The notes under the pieces: generated by a model
Seen by the model: only the letters and a program-made list of their open reading frames with translations
Database searches by the model: none
Told to the model about the DNA's origin: nothing
Source: Gammaproteobacteria bacterium
GTDB lineage: Bacteria; Pseudomonadota; Gammaproteobacteria; SZUA-152
Direction of reading: 5' to 3'
Length of the DNA: 64,000 bases
Assembly: GCA_011321815.1 (NCBI GenBank)
Contig: DROS01000096.1
Coordinates: 10,750-74,749 of the forward strand
Translations under genes and position numbers: made by a program
In this document: in pieces, positions 49,486 to 60,427 of the stretch
Numbering within the stretch: position 1 is the first letter of the stretch
How the letters are laid out: each line of letters opens with the position of its first letter

Positions 49486-51134
49486 GTGGCACGAATCCAC
49501 TAACGCAGGAAGCCACAGAAAACACTGACGACAAGGGCGTTTTAACGGAAGCACCTGTTATCGACACGAATATCCACCACAAAGATGACCGTTGGCGAAA
49601 TGCCCTGATATCTTTTGGTTTGCTTCTGTCGGTGGCGTTAATCCTGTATTGGGAAACCGCGGCGTCCATCGTCGCAATCTGGATACGTTCGGAAACCTAT
49701 GCCCATGGATTTTTGATACTGCCTATCAGCCTCTACCTTGTGTGGCAACGCCGGAAACAACTGCGTCAAATGGTACCCGCGCCAAATCTGATGGCGTTGC
49801 CAGTATTGGCGGTTTCTCTATTGTTGTGGCTTGCGGCGTGGGTTGCGGAAGTCCAGCTTGTTCAGCAACTGGTTTTTGTCGGTTTTATTCCCATTTTGGT
49901 TGTATTGCTGTTTGGCGCTGCTGTGGCAAAGGCGATGATGTTTCCCCTGGGTTATCTGATTTTTGCGGTGCCTTTTGGTGAGTTTCTGGTTGCCCCGTTA
50001 CAGGATCAGACGGCATGGTTTGCCGTGAAAGCGCTGATGTTGAGTGGCGTGCCTGTTTATTGGGAGGGACTTTATCTTACTATCCCCGGTGGTAATTTTG
50101 TTGTGGCTGAAGGTTGTAGCGGTATTCGCTATCTGATTGCCTCCATTGCGCTCAGCAGTATTTATGCTTATATCACCTATCGCAGTTATTGGAGACGCGC
50201 GGGCTTTATTTTGCTGGGCGTGATTGTGCCCATTGTTGCCAATGGCATACGTGCCTATGGCATTGTGGTGATCGCCTATCTCAGCGATATGCGTATCGCC
50301 ACCGGAGTGGACCATATTCTCTATGGCTGGGTTTTTTTTGGCATTGTCATGCTGTTGCTTTTTTGGTTCGGGTCTCTCTGGCGTGAACCATCCGTTGCTG
50401 ATTCCAGCGCCCTGAAACAACCGCAGGCCGACAATGCCATAACGTCATCAAATGGGCGTCAAATGATTGTTGCTTCGGTTTTTGCCGTTGTTTTTTTCGC
50501 CAGTGGGGCTTATGCCAGCAGCTTGTTGAGTGATTCATCCGCAGTGACAGGGCAGGCGGTTCGTCTTGCGTTGCCAGAATCATCGGGTGCATGGACGGGG
50601 CCGGTAGCCAGTAATGATACGTGGCAACCCCGTTATACCGGTGCAGACAGCACCATTTACCGGCAATATCAGAATCAAACCAAAACGGTTTATTTTTATG
50701 TGGCCTACTACGGGAACCAGGACAATGGCAAGGAATTGGTTGGCTCTCTCAACAGAGTGTATGACCAGGAACAATGGCGTCGTGTGCAGGACAATACTGT
50801 CACCGTAACCATGCCGTCCGGAAAAAATGTTTCTGTGGCAGAAACTGACATTCGTTCTGCGGAAAAACGACGCATCGTCTGGCACTGGTACAACATCAAT
50901 GGCAGTGTTACCGCCAACCGTGTAACCGCTAAGATGCTGGAAGCATGGGAACGCCTGAGAAACCATAAGGTTGATGCGATGCTGGTGGTGGTTGCAAGGG
51001 ACTACATAATCGACCCGCAAGAGGCACGCAATGATTTAAAGGATTTTCTTGAAAATGTGGGGGCCGACATTGCTGTGGTAAACCATAATGGCGGTGTTGC
51101 GAGCGCGAAGATTGCCGGGCCGGATCAGTTATGA
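49482..51134 (+). CDS. xrtA: Exosortase A (XrtA/EpsH) fused to a C-terminal EpsI-family domain
   Basis: The 550-aa product has 8 TM helices, a catalytic Cys motif 'VAEGCSGIRY', a conserved Arg in 'ANGIRAYGIV', and a C-terminal roughly 220-aa soluble EpsI-like domain. Confidence 0.85.
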   Translation: MSGTNPLTQEATENTDDKGVLTEAPVIDTNIHHKDDRWRNALISFGLLLSVALILYWETAASIVAIWIRSETYAHGFLILPISLYLVWQRRKQLRQMVPAPNLMALPVLAVSLLLWLAAWVAEVQLVQQLVFVGFIPILVVLLFGAAVAKAMMFPLGYLIFAVPFGEFLVAPLQDQTAWFAVKALMLSGVPVYWEGLYLTIPGGNFVVAEGCSGIRYLIASIALSSIYAYITYRSYWRRAGFILLGVIVPIVANGIRAYGIVVIAYLSDMRIATGVDHILYGWVFFGIVMLLLFWFGSLWREPSVADSSALKQPQADNAITSSNGRQMIVASVFAVVFFASGAYASSLLSDSSAVTGQAVRLALPESSGAWTGPVASNDTWQPRYTGADSTIYRQYQNQTKTVYFYVAYYGNQDNGKELVGSLNRVYDQEQWRRVQDNTVTVTMPSGKNVSVAETDIRSAEKRRIVWHWYNINGSVTANRVTAKMLEAWERLRNHKVDAMLVVVARDYIIDPQEARNDLKDFLENVGADIAVVNHNGGVASAKIAGPDQL

Positions 51135-52321
51135 CGAAGTCTTTTTCTGTCGATATTGAAAAAATGCAAAATGCTTCGGTCGTTCGGGTTCCCCTTGTGG
51201 CGCATATTATATTTCGTCTGGATGTGGGAGGGTTGGAAAACGGCCTTGTCAATCTGATCAACCAGACCCCCCCGGGTCGTTACCGGCACGCGGTGATTTG
51301 CCTGACCGAATACACGAATTTCAAGCAGCGTATTCTTGATAGTGATGTGCAGTTTTTTGCACTGCACAAGCGTGAAGGCATCGACTACAAAATGTATCTT
51401 GATTTATGGAAGCTGTTACGAAAACTGCGCCCTGATATTGTTCATACCCGCAATCTGGCGGCGATGGAGGGATTGGCGCCTGCTTTGCTGGCGGGTGTGC
51501 GCTGTCGCGTTCATGGGGAACATGGCCGGGAAATGGACCTCAATAGCAGCGAGTGGAAATATGCGTTGTTGCGGCGGTTTTTTCGTCCCCTGGTGCATAA
51601 ATATATCCCGCTTTCCCGGGATCTTGAAACCTGGTTGCGTGATGGCATTGGGGTGCCTGACAAAAAAATGGCGCAGATATATAATGGTGTTTCGCTGGAC
51701 ACGTTTTTTCCCGCGGCTTCTGCGCGGGAAAATCTTCCTCTGGAAAATTTCGCCACCACCGGTTGTCTGGTGATCGGCACAGTTGGGCGATTGGCGGCTA
51801 TCAAAGATCAGGTTACCCTGGCCCGGGCCTTCGTGAAACTACTTGATGTTGTGCCCGACGGACGGAAAAAATTGCGCCTGGTCATCATCGGGGATGGTCC
51901 TTTGAAAAAGGAAGTGTCAGACACCCTGGAAAAAGCCCATGCTGCCGATCTGGCCTGGTTGCCCGGCTCGCTGAATAATATTCCTCAACTCATGCGGTGT
52001 TTTGATGTGTTTGTTTTGCCATCGAAATCGGAGGGTATTTCCAACACGATTCTGGAAGCCATGGCTTCCGGGCTCCCCGTGGTAGCGACCCGTGTCGGTG
52101 GGAATCCTGAACTGGTGGAAGAGGGAATAACAGGAGAACTGGTGCCAGCGGAAAACCCTGCGGCATTGGCAACGGCGTTACAAAGTTATGTGGATAATAA
52201 AACCAAACAACAAAAGCAGGGACGCGCGGGACGAGCGCGTGTGGAGCAACAGTTTTCGATCGAAAACATGGTGAACGAATATCTCACGGTTTATAGCGAC
52301 CTGTTGGCCGCAAAACATTGA
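51131..52321 (+). CDS. Glycosyltransferase family 4 (GT1 fold), PEP-CTERM/XrtA-associated 'stp2' type
   Basis: The 396-aa product has an 'EGISNTILEAMASGLPVVAT' (E-X7-E) motif and overlaps xrtA by ATGA. Confidence 0.85.
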   Translation: MTKSFSVDIEKMQNASVVRVPLVAHIIFRLDVGGLENGLVNLINQTPPGRYRHAVICLTEYTNFKQRILDSDVQFFALHKREGIDYKMYLDLWKLLRKLRPDIVHTRNLAAMEGLAPALLAGVRCRVHGEHGREMDLNSSEWKYALLRRFFRPLVHKYIPLSRDLETWLRDGIGVPDKKMAQIYNGVSLDTFFPAASARENLPLENFATTGCLVIGTVGRLAAIKDQVTLARAFVKLLDVVPDGRKKLRLVIIGDGPLKKEVSDTLEKAHAADLAWLPGSLNNIPQLMRCFDVFVLPSKSEGISNTILEAMASGLPVVATRVGGNPELVEEGITGELVPAENPAALATALQSYVDNKTKQQKQGRAGRARVEQQFSIENMVNEYLTVYSDLLAAKH

Positions 52322-52338
52322 ATGCCATTGTTTAAATG

Positions 52339-52460
52339 TAAATTAAGCGCTAAATCACTTTGTTAGCGTTTTTTACTGAGAACACGGTCATTCCGGCCTC
52401 TGTGTTAAATACCCGGTGATTTTTAAAAGCAACGTGCTTTTGGCGTTTCATTCACATTTA
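52339..52460 (-). repeat. REP-like intergenic element, family B copy 2
   Basis: It shares blocks with 13903-14005 and has a terminal 'taaattaagcgctaa' that is the inverse of the copy 1 end. Confidence 0.5.
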
Positions 52461-52504
52461 AAATAATGTTATTTAAAATAATAAAGGGTTAACGGACAGT
52501 TATT

Positions 52505-54403
52505 GTGTGTGGGCTAACAGGTATTTTTGACACGCGCTCAACGCGCGAAGTGGACCGGGATTTACTGGTTCGCATGAATGAGTCGCTGTTTCATCGCGGG
52601 CCGGATGAAGGGGGCATTCATACGGAGCCGGGTCTGGGTCTGGGGCACCGTCGCCTGTCCATTATTGATCGTTCCGGCGGGCAGCAACCTCTGTTTAATG
52701 AAGATGGGTCAGTGGTTGTGGTGTTTAACGGCGAGATTTATAACTTTGCCGAACTGGCAAAAGCGCTGCGTCAGAAGGGGCATACATTCCGCACACATTC
52801 CGATACCGAAGTGATTGTGCATGCCTGGGAAGAATGGGGCGAAGCATGCGTTGAACACTTTCGTGGCATGTTTGTTTTTGCGATATGGGACAGTAAGCAG
52901 GAACAATTGTTTATTGCGCGAGACCGCTTAGGTATCAAGCCGCTGTATTATTCAATGCTGCCCAATGGGCACTTCATTTTCGGCTCGGAATTGAAAGCGC
53001 TTTTACAGCACCCTGATCTTCCTCGCGCTATTGAACCCACGGCGGTTGAAGATTATTTTGCTTACGGGTATGTGCCGGAACCCAAAACCATACTTTCCCA
53101 CGCGCATAAATTATCACCCGGATACACGTTGTCCGTCACCCGGAATGGGCGTGCGCCCGTTTGCAAACAGTATTGGGACGTGCCCTTCGAGGCATTACCA
53201 AAACATGAAGAAGCGGAATACGCCAAAGAATTGGCCGACCGCATGACCGAGGCGGTGAAGATTCGCATGATCGCCGAGGTACCACTGGGCGCATTTCTTT
53301 CCGGCGGGCTGGATTCCAGCGCGGTGGTGGCGATGATGGCGGGTTTGTCCGATGATCCGGTGAACACCTGTTCAATTTCGTTTGCTGATCCGCGTTATGA
53401 CGAATCCGGTTATGCCAATGAAGTCGCGAAGCAATACAATACGCAACACACCGTCTGGCAAGTGGACAGCGATGATTTTGATCTGATTGACCGTCTGGCA
53501 ATGTTGTATGATGAACCCTACGCAGACAGTTCCGCCATCCCCACCTACCGGGTGTGTGAGCTGGCCAAGAAAAAGGTCACCGTGGCGCTCTCCGGTGATG
53601 GTGGTGATGAAATTCTTGCGGGGTATCGGCGTTATCAATGGTTTATGCGCGAGCAAAATCTCCGTGATGTATTCCCTCAGGGTTTCCGCAATCTGGTGTT
53701 TGGCGGTTTAGGCAAAATTTATCCCAAGGCACTTTGGGCTCCCCGGGTTTTTCGTGCCAAGGCATTGTTTCAGTCGTTGGCAAAAACGCCAGTCGAAAGT
53801 TACTTCGATATTTCCTGCGTGCTGAAAGACTCCCTGCGTCAGCAGCTTTTTTCACCCTCATTCCGATCAGAGCTTCAGGGTTATCATGCACTTGACGTAT
53901 TAAAAGGACACGATAAAAATTCACCCGCGGAGCATCCCTTATCGAGGATGCAATATCTGGATATGAAGACCTATCTTCCCGGTGATATTCTGACCAAGGT
54001 GGATCGCGCCAGCATGGCGCATGCCCTGGAAGTGCGGGTACCATTACTGGACCACAAAGTGGTGGAGTGGACATCGGGTCTGTCACCGGATTTGAAACTG
54101 CGGGGTAGCGACGGAAAATATCTGTTCAAAAAGGCCATGGCATCCCACTTGTCGCAGGATCTCATGTACCGGAAAAAACAGGGGTTTGCCGTGCCTATCG
54201 CACAATGGTTTCGCGGCCCGTTGCGCGAACGGGTGCGGGCGTCCGTGTTGAGTGATTGTCTGCTGGATACCGGCATGTTTGACCGTCGTTTTCTGACGCA
54301 GTTAATTGATGATCATCAATCAGGTTTGCAGGATCACAGTGCGGTTCTGTGGTCGTTGTTTATGTACGAATCATTCCAGCGTCAGGTTTTGGGTGGCCAA
54401 TGA
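52505..54403 (+). CDS. Asparagine synthetase (glutamine-hydrolysing)-family amidotransferase, exosortase A system-associated; GTG start
   Basis: The product has the Ntn 'MCGLTGIF' N-terminus and an 'SGGLDSS' PP-loop, and is 632 aa long. Confidence 0.9.
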   Translation: MCGLTGIFDTRSTREVDRDLLVRMNESLFHRGPDEGGIHTEPGLGLGHRRLSIIDRSGGQQPLFNEDGSVVVVFNGEIYNFAELAKALRQKGHTFRTHSDTEVIVHAWEEWGEACVEHFRGMFVFAIWDSKQEQLFIARDRLGIKPLYYSMLPNGHFIFGSELKALLQHPDLPRAIEPTAVEDYFAYGYVPEPKTILSHAHKLSPGYTLSVTRNGRAPVCKQYWDVPFEALPKHEEAEYAKELADRMTEAVKIRMIAEVPLGAFLSGGLDSSAVVAMMAGLSDDPVNTCSISFADPRYDESGYANEVAKQYNTQHTVWQVDSDDFDLIDRLAMLYDEPYADSSAIPTYRVCELAKKKVTVALSGDGGDEILAGYRRYQWFMREQNLRDVFPQGFRNLVFGGLGKIYPKALWAPRVFRAKALFQSLAKTPVESYFDISCVLKDSLRQQLFSPSFRSELQGYHALDVLKGHDKNSPAEHPLSRMQYLDMKTYLPGDILTKVDRASMAHALEVRVPLLDHKVVEWTSGLSPDLKLRGSDGKYLFKKAMASHLSQDLMYRKKQGFAVPIAQWFRGPLRERVRASVLSDCLLDTGMFDRRFLTQLIDDHQSGLQDHSAVLWSLFMYESFQRQVLGGQ

Positions 54404-55608
54404 AAATATTACACGTACTGGATCATTCCATTCCGCTGCATAGTGGATACACTTTTCGTACAGCGGCGATTCTTCGCCAGCAGCACGCCATGGGTTGGGA
54501 AACATTTCACCTTACCAGTCCAAAACATTATCTGGACGCACCGGCGGAAGAGGATGTCGATGGCTTGCATTTTTATCGCACGCCTCCGGTTTCAGGTTGG
54601 TTGGCCAAATTACCCATTCTTAATCAGTTGGCAATTATTCCGGCGCTCACCTGTCGGCTGGAGAAAGTGTTGGCTGAGGTAAAGCCGGATATCCTGCATG
54701 CACACTCCCCGGCATTAAACGGTATTGCCGCGTTACGGGCGGGGCGTCGTCTGGGTATTCCGGTGGTTTATGAAGTGCGTGCGTTTTGGGAGGATGCCGC
54801 CGTTGATCATGGTACCTCCAGTGAGGGTGGTCTCCGCTATCGTTTGACGCGCGCCATGGAAACCTATGTGTTGCGGCGCGCCGATGCGGTTACGACTATT
54901 TGTGAAGGCTTGAGGGGTGACATCGTCAAGCGGGGTGTTGCGGAAAATCGTATTACGGTTATTCCCAACGCAGTGGATGCAGAAAAATTTGAGGTGGGTG
55001 GTACGGCGGATTCCGCATTGTTGAAGGAACTCGGGCTTGAGGGAAAACAGGTGCTGGGTTTTATCGGTTCTTTTTATGCGTACGAAGGGCTGCCATTATT
55101 GGTGGAGGCCATGCCGGAAATACTGAAAACAAACCCGGATGCACGCCTGCTGCTGGTGGGGGGCGGGCCGCAGGATGAACTGTTGCACAAGCAGGTGAGT
55201 GAACTGGGTCTTGATCAGCAGGTTATCTTCACCGGCCGGGTTCCCCATGAACAGGTGCAACGCTATTACAATCTGGTGGACATTTTTGTTTATCCGCGTC
55301 TTTCCATGCGCCTGACCGATCTGGTTACACCACTGAAGCCGCTGGAGGCGATGGCGCAGGGGCGCATTGTGCTGGCGTCTGATGTGGGCGGGCACAAAGA
55401 GCTGATTATGGACGGTAAAACAGGTTGTCTGTTTCGAGCGGGTGATGCCGGTGCACTTGCCGATGCCGCGATTGACTTGTTCAGTAAACGTGAACAGTGG
55501 GCCGGGCTGCGCAAGGCCGGGCGTGAGTTTGTGGATCAGGAACGAAACTGGCCTGTCAGTGTGGCGCGTTATCGTGATGTTTATGCCATGGCGATGGCGG
55601 GAAAATAA
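54400..55608 (+). CDS. Glycosyltransferase family 4, exosortase A system-associated (start 'MKILHVLDHS'; the track ORF extends to 54349)
   Basis: The start forms an ATGA overlap with the asnB-like stop codon, and the product has a C-terminal GT1 domain. Confidence 0.85.
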   Translation: MKILHVLDHSIPLHSGYTFRTAAILRQQHAMGWETFHLTSPKHYLDAPAEEDVDGLHFYRTPPVSGWLAKLPILNQLAIIPALTCRLEKVLAEVKPDILHAHSPALNGIAALRAGRRLGIPVVYEVRAFWEDAAVDHGTSSEGGLRYRLTRAMETYVLRRADAVTTICEGLRGDIVKRGVAENRITVIPNAVDAEKFEVGGTADSALLKELGLEGKQVLGFIGSFYAYEGLPLLVEAMPEILKTNPDARLLLVGGGPQDELLHKQVSELGLDQQVIFTGRVPHEQVQRYYNLVDIFVYPRLSMRLTDLVTPLKPLEAMAQGRIVLASDVGGHKELIMDGKTGCLFRAGDAGALADAAIDLFSKREQWAGLRKAGREFVDQERNWPVSVARYRDVYAMAMAGK

Positions 55609-55610
55609 CA

Positions 55611-56747
55611 GTGTCTGCACATCACCCGGAAGATAAAAAATGCCACGACATGAATGAATTGAATGTGGTGATGGCTGGTCCTCTACCACCGGCTATTGGC
55701 GGCATGGCAACGGTTATTGGCGATATCAGCCAGTCCAGCCTTGCCGAGCGGGTGGCGCTTGTTCCTTTTAACACGGCCAAACAAACATCGGAAGGGCGGT
55801 CTCTGCTAACAGGAATTGTTGCCCGTGTCAGTTTGTGGCGGCGCTGGGTATCTGCATTGCGCGGCAAAGGACAGTCTGTTGCACACATTCATACCTGTAG
55901 TGGACTGACTTATTTCCTGGATGGGACATTGTTGATTATTGCCCGGTTGTTGGCGAAGCCGGTGGTATTGCATATTCACGGTGCTCGTTTCGACCGGTTT
56001 CTGGACGAACTGTCTGGTCCGATGCTGTTTCTTGCACGCTGGCTGGCACGCCGGGCCAACAGAGTGGTGGTGTTATCGGAAACCTGGCGTGAAACCCTGG
56101 CCCACAGATTGCCTGGCGCACGGTTGAGCGTTATCGCCAACGGTGTTCCTGTTCGTGATGAGGCGGTGGAGGAGGAGGAAGACAGTGCTTCGCAAACTGT
56201 ATCTATCTTGTTTCTTGGCAACCTGTCACAACGCAAAGGTGTGTGGGAATTGATTGATGCCATGCGAACGGTTCCGGCCACAGCCATTCTGGCATTGGTG
56301 GGTGGGGAGGATGATCCAGGCATCTCGGATGCTGCGCAGGTCCGGATTACTGAGTCTGGCATGGCGGACCGTATCAAATTGATCGGGCCAGCCTATGGCG
56401 AGGATAAACACCGGTGGCTGGAAAAGGCCGACATTTTTGTCCTGCCCTCACATGCGGAAGGTCTACCCATTGCCTTGCTTGAGGCCATGGGGGGGGGCAT
56501 ACCGGCGGTGGTGACAGCGGTGGGGGCAATGCCTGCGGTCATCGACGACGGAGTGCAGGGGAAAGTGGTGCAGCCCGGTGATGCCGATGCGTTGTCTGCT
56601 GCATTGACGGAACTGGTTAATGATCCGGTGCTACGGCGCACCATGGGGGAAGCGGCGCGCAAACGTTGTCTTGCCGATTATGGGGTAGAGCGCAGTGCAG
56701 AAAATTATCTGCGTTTGTATGCCGAAATAGTTAGTGTCAATAAATGA
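55611..56747 (+). CDS. Glycosyltransferase family 4 (start uncertain; alternative Met at 55642)
   Basis: The product has 'EGLPIALLEAMGGGIPAVVT' (E-X7-E) and contains a G9 homopolymer at 56489-56497. Confidence 0.8.
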   Translation: MSAHHPEDKKCHDMNELNVVMAGPLPPAIGGMATVIGDISQSSLAERVALVPFNTAKQTSEGRSLLTGIVARVSLWRRWVSALRGKGQSVAHIHTCSGLTYFLDGTLLIIARLLAKPVVLHIHGARFDRFLDELSGPMLFLARWLARRANRVVVLSETWRETLAHRLPGARLSVIANGVPVRDEAVEEEEDSASQTVSILFLGNLSQRKGVWELIDAMRTVPATAILALVGGEDDPGISDAAQVRITESGMADRIKLIGPAYGEDKHRWLEKADIFVLPSHAEGLPIALLEAMGGGIPAVVTAVGAMPAVIDDGVQGKVVQPGDADALSAALTELVNDPVLRRTMGEAARKRCLADYGVERSAENYLRLYAEIVSVNK

Positions 56748-56975
56748 GCACCGTTATTTTAACCTGTTTTTAGCATTGGTATTGTGGTACTGGCAAGCTG
56801 AGTGTTGTTAACGCAGAGGCCGCAGAGACACAGAGGCCGCAGAGGAAACAAAAAAATAAAACTTTGCGGTCATAACAACGAAAAAGAAGGCCGGGGAATA
56901 GATGAAAAATGGTAAAATGCGGCACTTATCTATTTATGTCTTGCGCATTCTGCACGGCGGCAAACTCATACTGAT

Positions 56976-58328
56976 ATGAAAAACCTGTACACCTCATTAA
57001 TATCCGGTGCCGCATTCCCTCTGCATGAAAAACTGAAAGGGCACACCACGGTCAGTGTCAAAAAGGCAATGGAAAACAGTCAGTGGTGGTCTCGTGCACA
57101 ATTGGAAGAATATCGTGTGCGACGATTACGGGAGTTTCTTTCAGCGGTCTATGCCCATGTGCCCTATTACCAATCTTTGTTTGACAGGCTTGGGTTTGCT
57201 GCTTCATCGGTGACGTCGGTTGCTGATCTTCAACAGTTACCCTTTCTGGATAAAAAGATCATCCGCGAAAACCAGCAAGACCTGAAAGCCGATAATGCCA
57301 CACGGCTTTCGCAATTCAACACAGGTGGGTCGTCTGGAGAGCCGTTGGTGTTTTTTATTGGGAACTCCCGTGTGAGTCACGATGTTGCCGCCAAATGGCG
57401 TGCCACTCGTTGGTGGGATGTGGATATTGGCGACAGGGAAATTGTACTTTGGGGGTCGCCGATTGAGCTGGGTGCGCAGGACCGGTTTCGCCTGTTGCGG
57501 GACCGCATGTTCCGCTCAACGTTACTGCCTGCCTTTGAGATGTCTGAAACGCATCTGAATGAATTTATTGCCGCCATTCGTGCCATGCGTCCCCGTATGT
57601 TGTTCGGTTATCCATCGGTGTTGGCACACATTGCCCAACATGCGGAAAACAACGGTTTGCCGTTAGATGATCTTGGTATCAAGGTCGCCTTTGTGACCTC
57701 AGAGCGACTGTATCAGGAACAGCGGGAAAAAATTGAACGCCGTTTTGGTTGCAAGGTCGCCAACGGTTACGGTGGGCGGGATGCTGGTTTCATCGCCCAT
57801 GAGTGCCCTGAAGGGGGAATGCACATCACCGCAGAAGATATCATTGTCGAGATTGTGGACCCGCAAGGCAAGGTCGTGCCGGACGGGGAAAGTGGCGAAG
57901 TGGTTATCACCCATTTGTTCACCGATGATTTTCCCTTTATCCGCTATTGCACCGGCGATGTGGCATCGCTGAGTACAGAAACCTGTGCATGCGGACGCGG
58001 CTTGCCCATGCTCAAGGAAATTCACGGCAGAACCACTGATTTTATTATTGCCGCCGATGGCACGGTGATGCACGGGCTGGCACTGATTTATGTATTACGT
58101 GAAATGGAAGCCATAAGGTCATTTAAAATTATTCAGGAAACCCGGGAATGGACTCGTGTGGAAGTGGTGGGTGATGAACATTTTTCAGAACAGCACGCCA
58201 CGCGCATCATGTCCGGTTTCAAAAAACGTCTTGGTGAGAATGTAACCATTGATGTGGAAAGGGTGGAAAAAATAAAACCGGAGCGTTCAGGGAAGTATCG
58301 TTATGTTATCAGCAAGGTGGTGACATAG
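56976..58328 (+). CDS. Adenylate-forming enzyme, phenylacetate-CoA ligase/CapK family
   Basis: The 450-aa product has an AMP-binding motif 'FNTGGSSGEPLVF' and is PaaK-like over its full length. Confidence 0.8.
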   Translation: MKNLYTSLISGAAFPLHEKLKGHTTVSVKKAMENSQWWSRAQLEEYRVRRLREFLSAVYAHVPYYQSLFDRLGFAASSVTSVADLQQLPFLDKKIIRENQQDLKADNATRLSQFNTGGSSGEPLVFFIGNSRVSHDVAAKWRATRWWDVDIGDREIVLWGSPIELGAQDRFRLLRDRMFRSTLLPAFEMSETHLNEFIAAIRAMRPRMLFGYPSVLAHIAQHAENNGLPLDDLGIKVAFVTSERLYQEQREKIERRFGCKVANGYGGRDAGFIAHECPEGGMHITAEDIIVEIVDPQGKVVPDGESGEVVITHLFTDDFPFIRYCTGDVASLSTETCACGRGLPMLKEIHGRTTDFIIAADGTVMHGLALIYVLREMEAIRSFKIIQETREWTRVEVVGDEHFSEQHATRIMSGFKKRLGENVTIDVERVEKIKPERSGKYRYVISKVVT

Positions 58329-58384
58329 TTTAGTACAGGGCGGTATTTGAAATGAAATACCATTGTTGAGTTGACGAATGGAGC

Positions 58385-60415
58385 ATGAGATTGGGATTTG
58401 GGAAGAGACTGATAGTTGGTGTCACATTGCTGGCAATAGTTACATTAGCCCTGGTTGGTGGATTTGCAGTTGAGCACTATTTATCCAAAGATACTTCACA
58501 GATTGAGGTAACCTGGGAAGGGCCGGTATCAGACGACAATCGTTATGTGTTTTATCCCCGGTATTTGCCAGAAAACTGTGGGAAAACGCTGGCCGCTCTT
58601 GATAAAGGAGAGCTGAAACTGGACAACGCCAGTCCGATGGGAATCGGGCTGAACCCGCAGTGGGATTTGGGCGATGAAGCCTCTGGATATTCCCATTTTT
58701 ATCTTCACTCTTTGCGTTTTATTTCCTGTCTTATCAAAATGGGCGGAGAGGGGGACATTGTTCGTCTGTCTCAGGCTGATACCATTTTGCGCAGTTGGCT
58801 GGCGAGCAACCCAATGGATGCCCCGGCGTCTGATTGGGCGTGGACCGAACATGCTACATCCTGGCGAGCCATCGTGTTTTCCTGGTTTTTGCTGACAGCG
58901 CAGCGAGTGAATTATCTTGATGCGGATAATACTGCGGTGTTTACTTCGGCGATTGCTGAGCATGTGGCGTTTATCCGGCGGCCTTCCATCTATCGGCCTG
59001 ACCATAATCACGGATTGAATAATGCGCTTGCCCTGTTGGCATTGGCCATGATGGAGAATGACCCTCTGGTACAGCGTGAGTTGTTACAGCTGGGGTTTTC
59101 CCGGGCCGAACAGCAAATGGCGGACAATGTTTCTGTGGATGGTATTCATCTTGAACAATCCGGTTTTTACCAGTTTTATACCATTCGTTCATTTCTTGAA
59201 GTGCTTCATGTTGCCCGGAATATTGGCTGGCCGCTGTCTGACCGGTATCAACAAAAACTCGCGAGCATGATTACTGCGGGTGTCTATATGGCGGGGGCAG
59301 ATGGTGAGGTGGACGGTATGCCGTACAGCAAACCAGGGGAAGTGATGACATCACTGTTTGATGTTAATCCCGATCTTGTTCATAACGGGCGTTTGCTTGA
59401 TGCAAAAGGCAATACGCTTGATGATTCCCCGCATAAACGATTGGGCATCTTTGCGGAAGGCGGGTACAGTTTTTTTTCCGCTGAACAAAAAGATGATGTG
59501 GAAATTGTATTTCATACCCGTATCCTGGATGCGCCCCATGCCCAGCGGGATGCGTTGGGCATTACCGTACGTGATGGCGACGGGGTATTAATACCGTTTA
59601 CGTCCACCATGCACACGTCGGAGAATTACCCCCAGTGGAAAAAATATTTTCGGGGTTCGGTTTCTCATAACGGGGTAACCGTAAAGGGGCTGGAGCAAAC
59701 GCCGCTAAATCCCCGCCGTGAAGGTGTGCTGGCTTCACTGACGGATTCCTGGAAGCTGAACGCCATGGTGGAGTCAGCAGGGCTTGCGGACTGGCTTGCG
59801 GAATTTCGCCGGCGACATCAGCTTGACCGGCGTAGTCTTCAGGAGCGCTCAGTACCCGGCGGGGGTGAAGTCCTGAATTCCGGCAGCAAAGGAATTGTTG
59901 ATTATGTTACGGCAAAGCACACAACCTACGAGGGTGTTGAACAGGTAAGAACAGTCGTGAAAGTGGGGGCTCGCCTGCTATTGGTTTGGGATCGCCTTCG
60001 AGGCAGCAAAGCCCATTACTATTCTCAACAGTTTCATTTTTTACCTGACAGTTTGGTTGAGTTGGAAGACAAAACGGGAACCATTGAAAAAAATGGAAAG
60101 GTCATTGCCCGGACGCAACAGCTTGTGCCTGCTGAAGCACAGGTCTGTCGGGGCAAGGAACGCCCAGATCCTTGCGGGTGGTACACCGACACGCCGTCCT
60201 TACCCCGCGCAACACCGGTTTTGATGTATTCCGCTGATGGTGAGCAAGTGGAGTTTTTGTGGATACTGCAATCTGGAGAAGCACCATTGAAAGCATTCCG
60301 GCAAGACGACGGCAATGGTGATGTCCGCAGAATACAGGTTGATGTGAATGGGGCACAATACACGGTAGAATTGACGGATCGGGGAGTGAATGCCGAACTT
60401 GCAGCAGCCTCGTGA
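58385..60415 (+). CDS. Heparinase II/III-like (polysaccharide lyase-like) protein with N-terminal membrane anchor
   Basis: The 676-aa product has an N-terminal TM and central alpha/alpha-toroid-like and C-terminal beta-sandwich-like regions. This is a pattern-based call. Confidence 0.5.
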   Translation: MRLGFGKRLIVGVTLLAIVTLALVGGFAVEHYLSKDTSQIEVTWEGPVSDDNRYVFYPRYLPENCGKTLAALDKGELKLDNASPMGIGLNPQWDLGDEASGYSHFYLHSLRFISCLIKMGGEGDIVRLSQADTILRSWLASNPMDAPASDWAWTEHATSWRAIVFSWFLLTAQRVNYLDADNTAVFTSAIAEHVAFIRRPSIYRPDHNHGLNNALALLALAMMENDPLVQRELLQLGFSRAEQQMADNVSVDGIHLEQSGFYQFYTIRSFLEVLHVARNIGWPLSDRYQQKLASMITAGVYMAGADGEVDGMPYSKPGEVMTSLFDVNPDLVHNGRLLDAKGNTLDDSPHKRLGIFAEGGYSFFSAEQKDDVEIVFHTRILDAPHAQRDALGITVRDGDGVLIPFTSTMHTSENYPQWKKYFRGSVSHNGVTVKGLEQTPLNPRREGVLASLTDSWKLNAMVESAGLADWLAEFRRRHQLDRRSLQERSVPGGGEVLNSGSKGIVDYVTAKHTTYEGVEQVRTVVKVGARLLLVWDRLRGSKAHYYSQQFHFLPDSLVELEDKTGTIEKNGKVIARTQQLVPAEAQVCRGKERPDPCGWYTDTPSLPRATPVLMYSADGEQVEFLWILQSGEAPLKAFRQDDGNGDVRRIQVDVNGAQYTVELTDRGVNAELAAAS

Positions 60416-60427
60416 ATTTGAAGGAAA

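Noticed and set aside
56790-56860. Possible CRISPR array
   Set aside because: There are only two 14-bp direct repeats with a 5-bp spacer, and no cas genes. No other regularly spaced repeat arrays were seen anywhere in the window.
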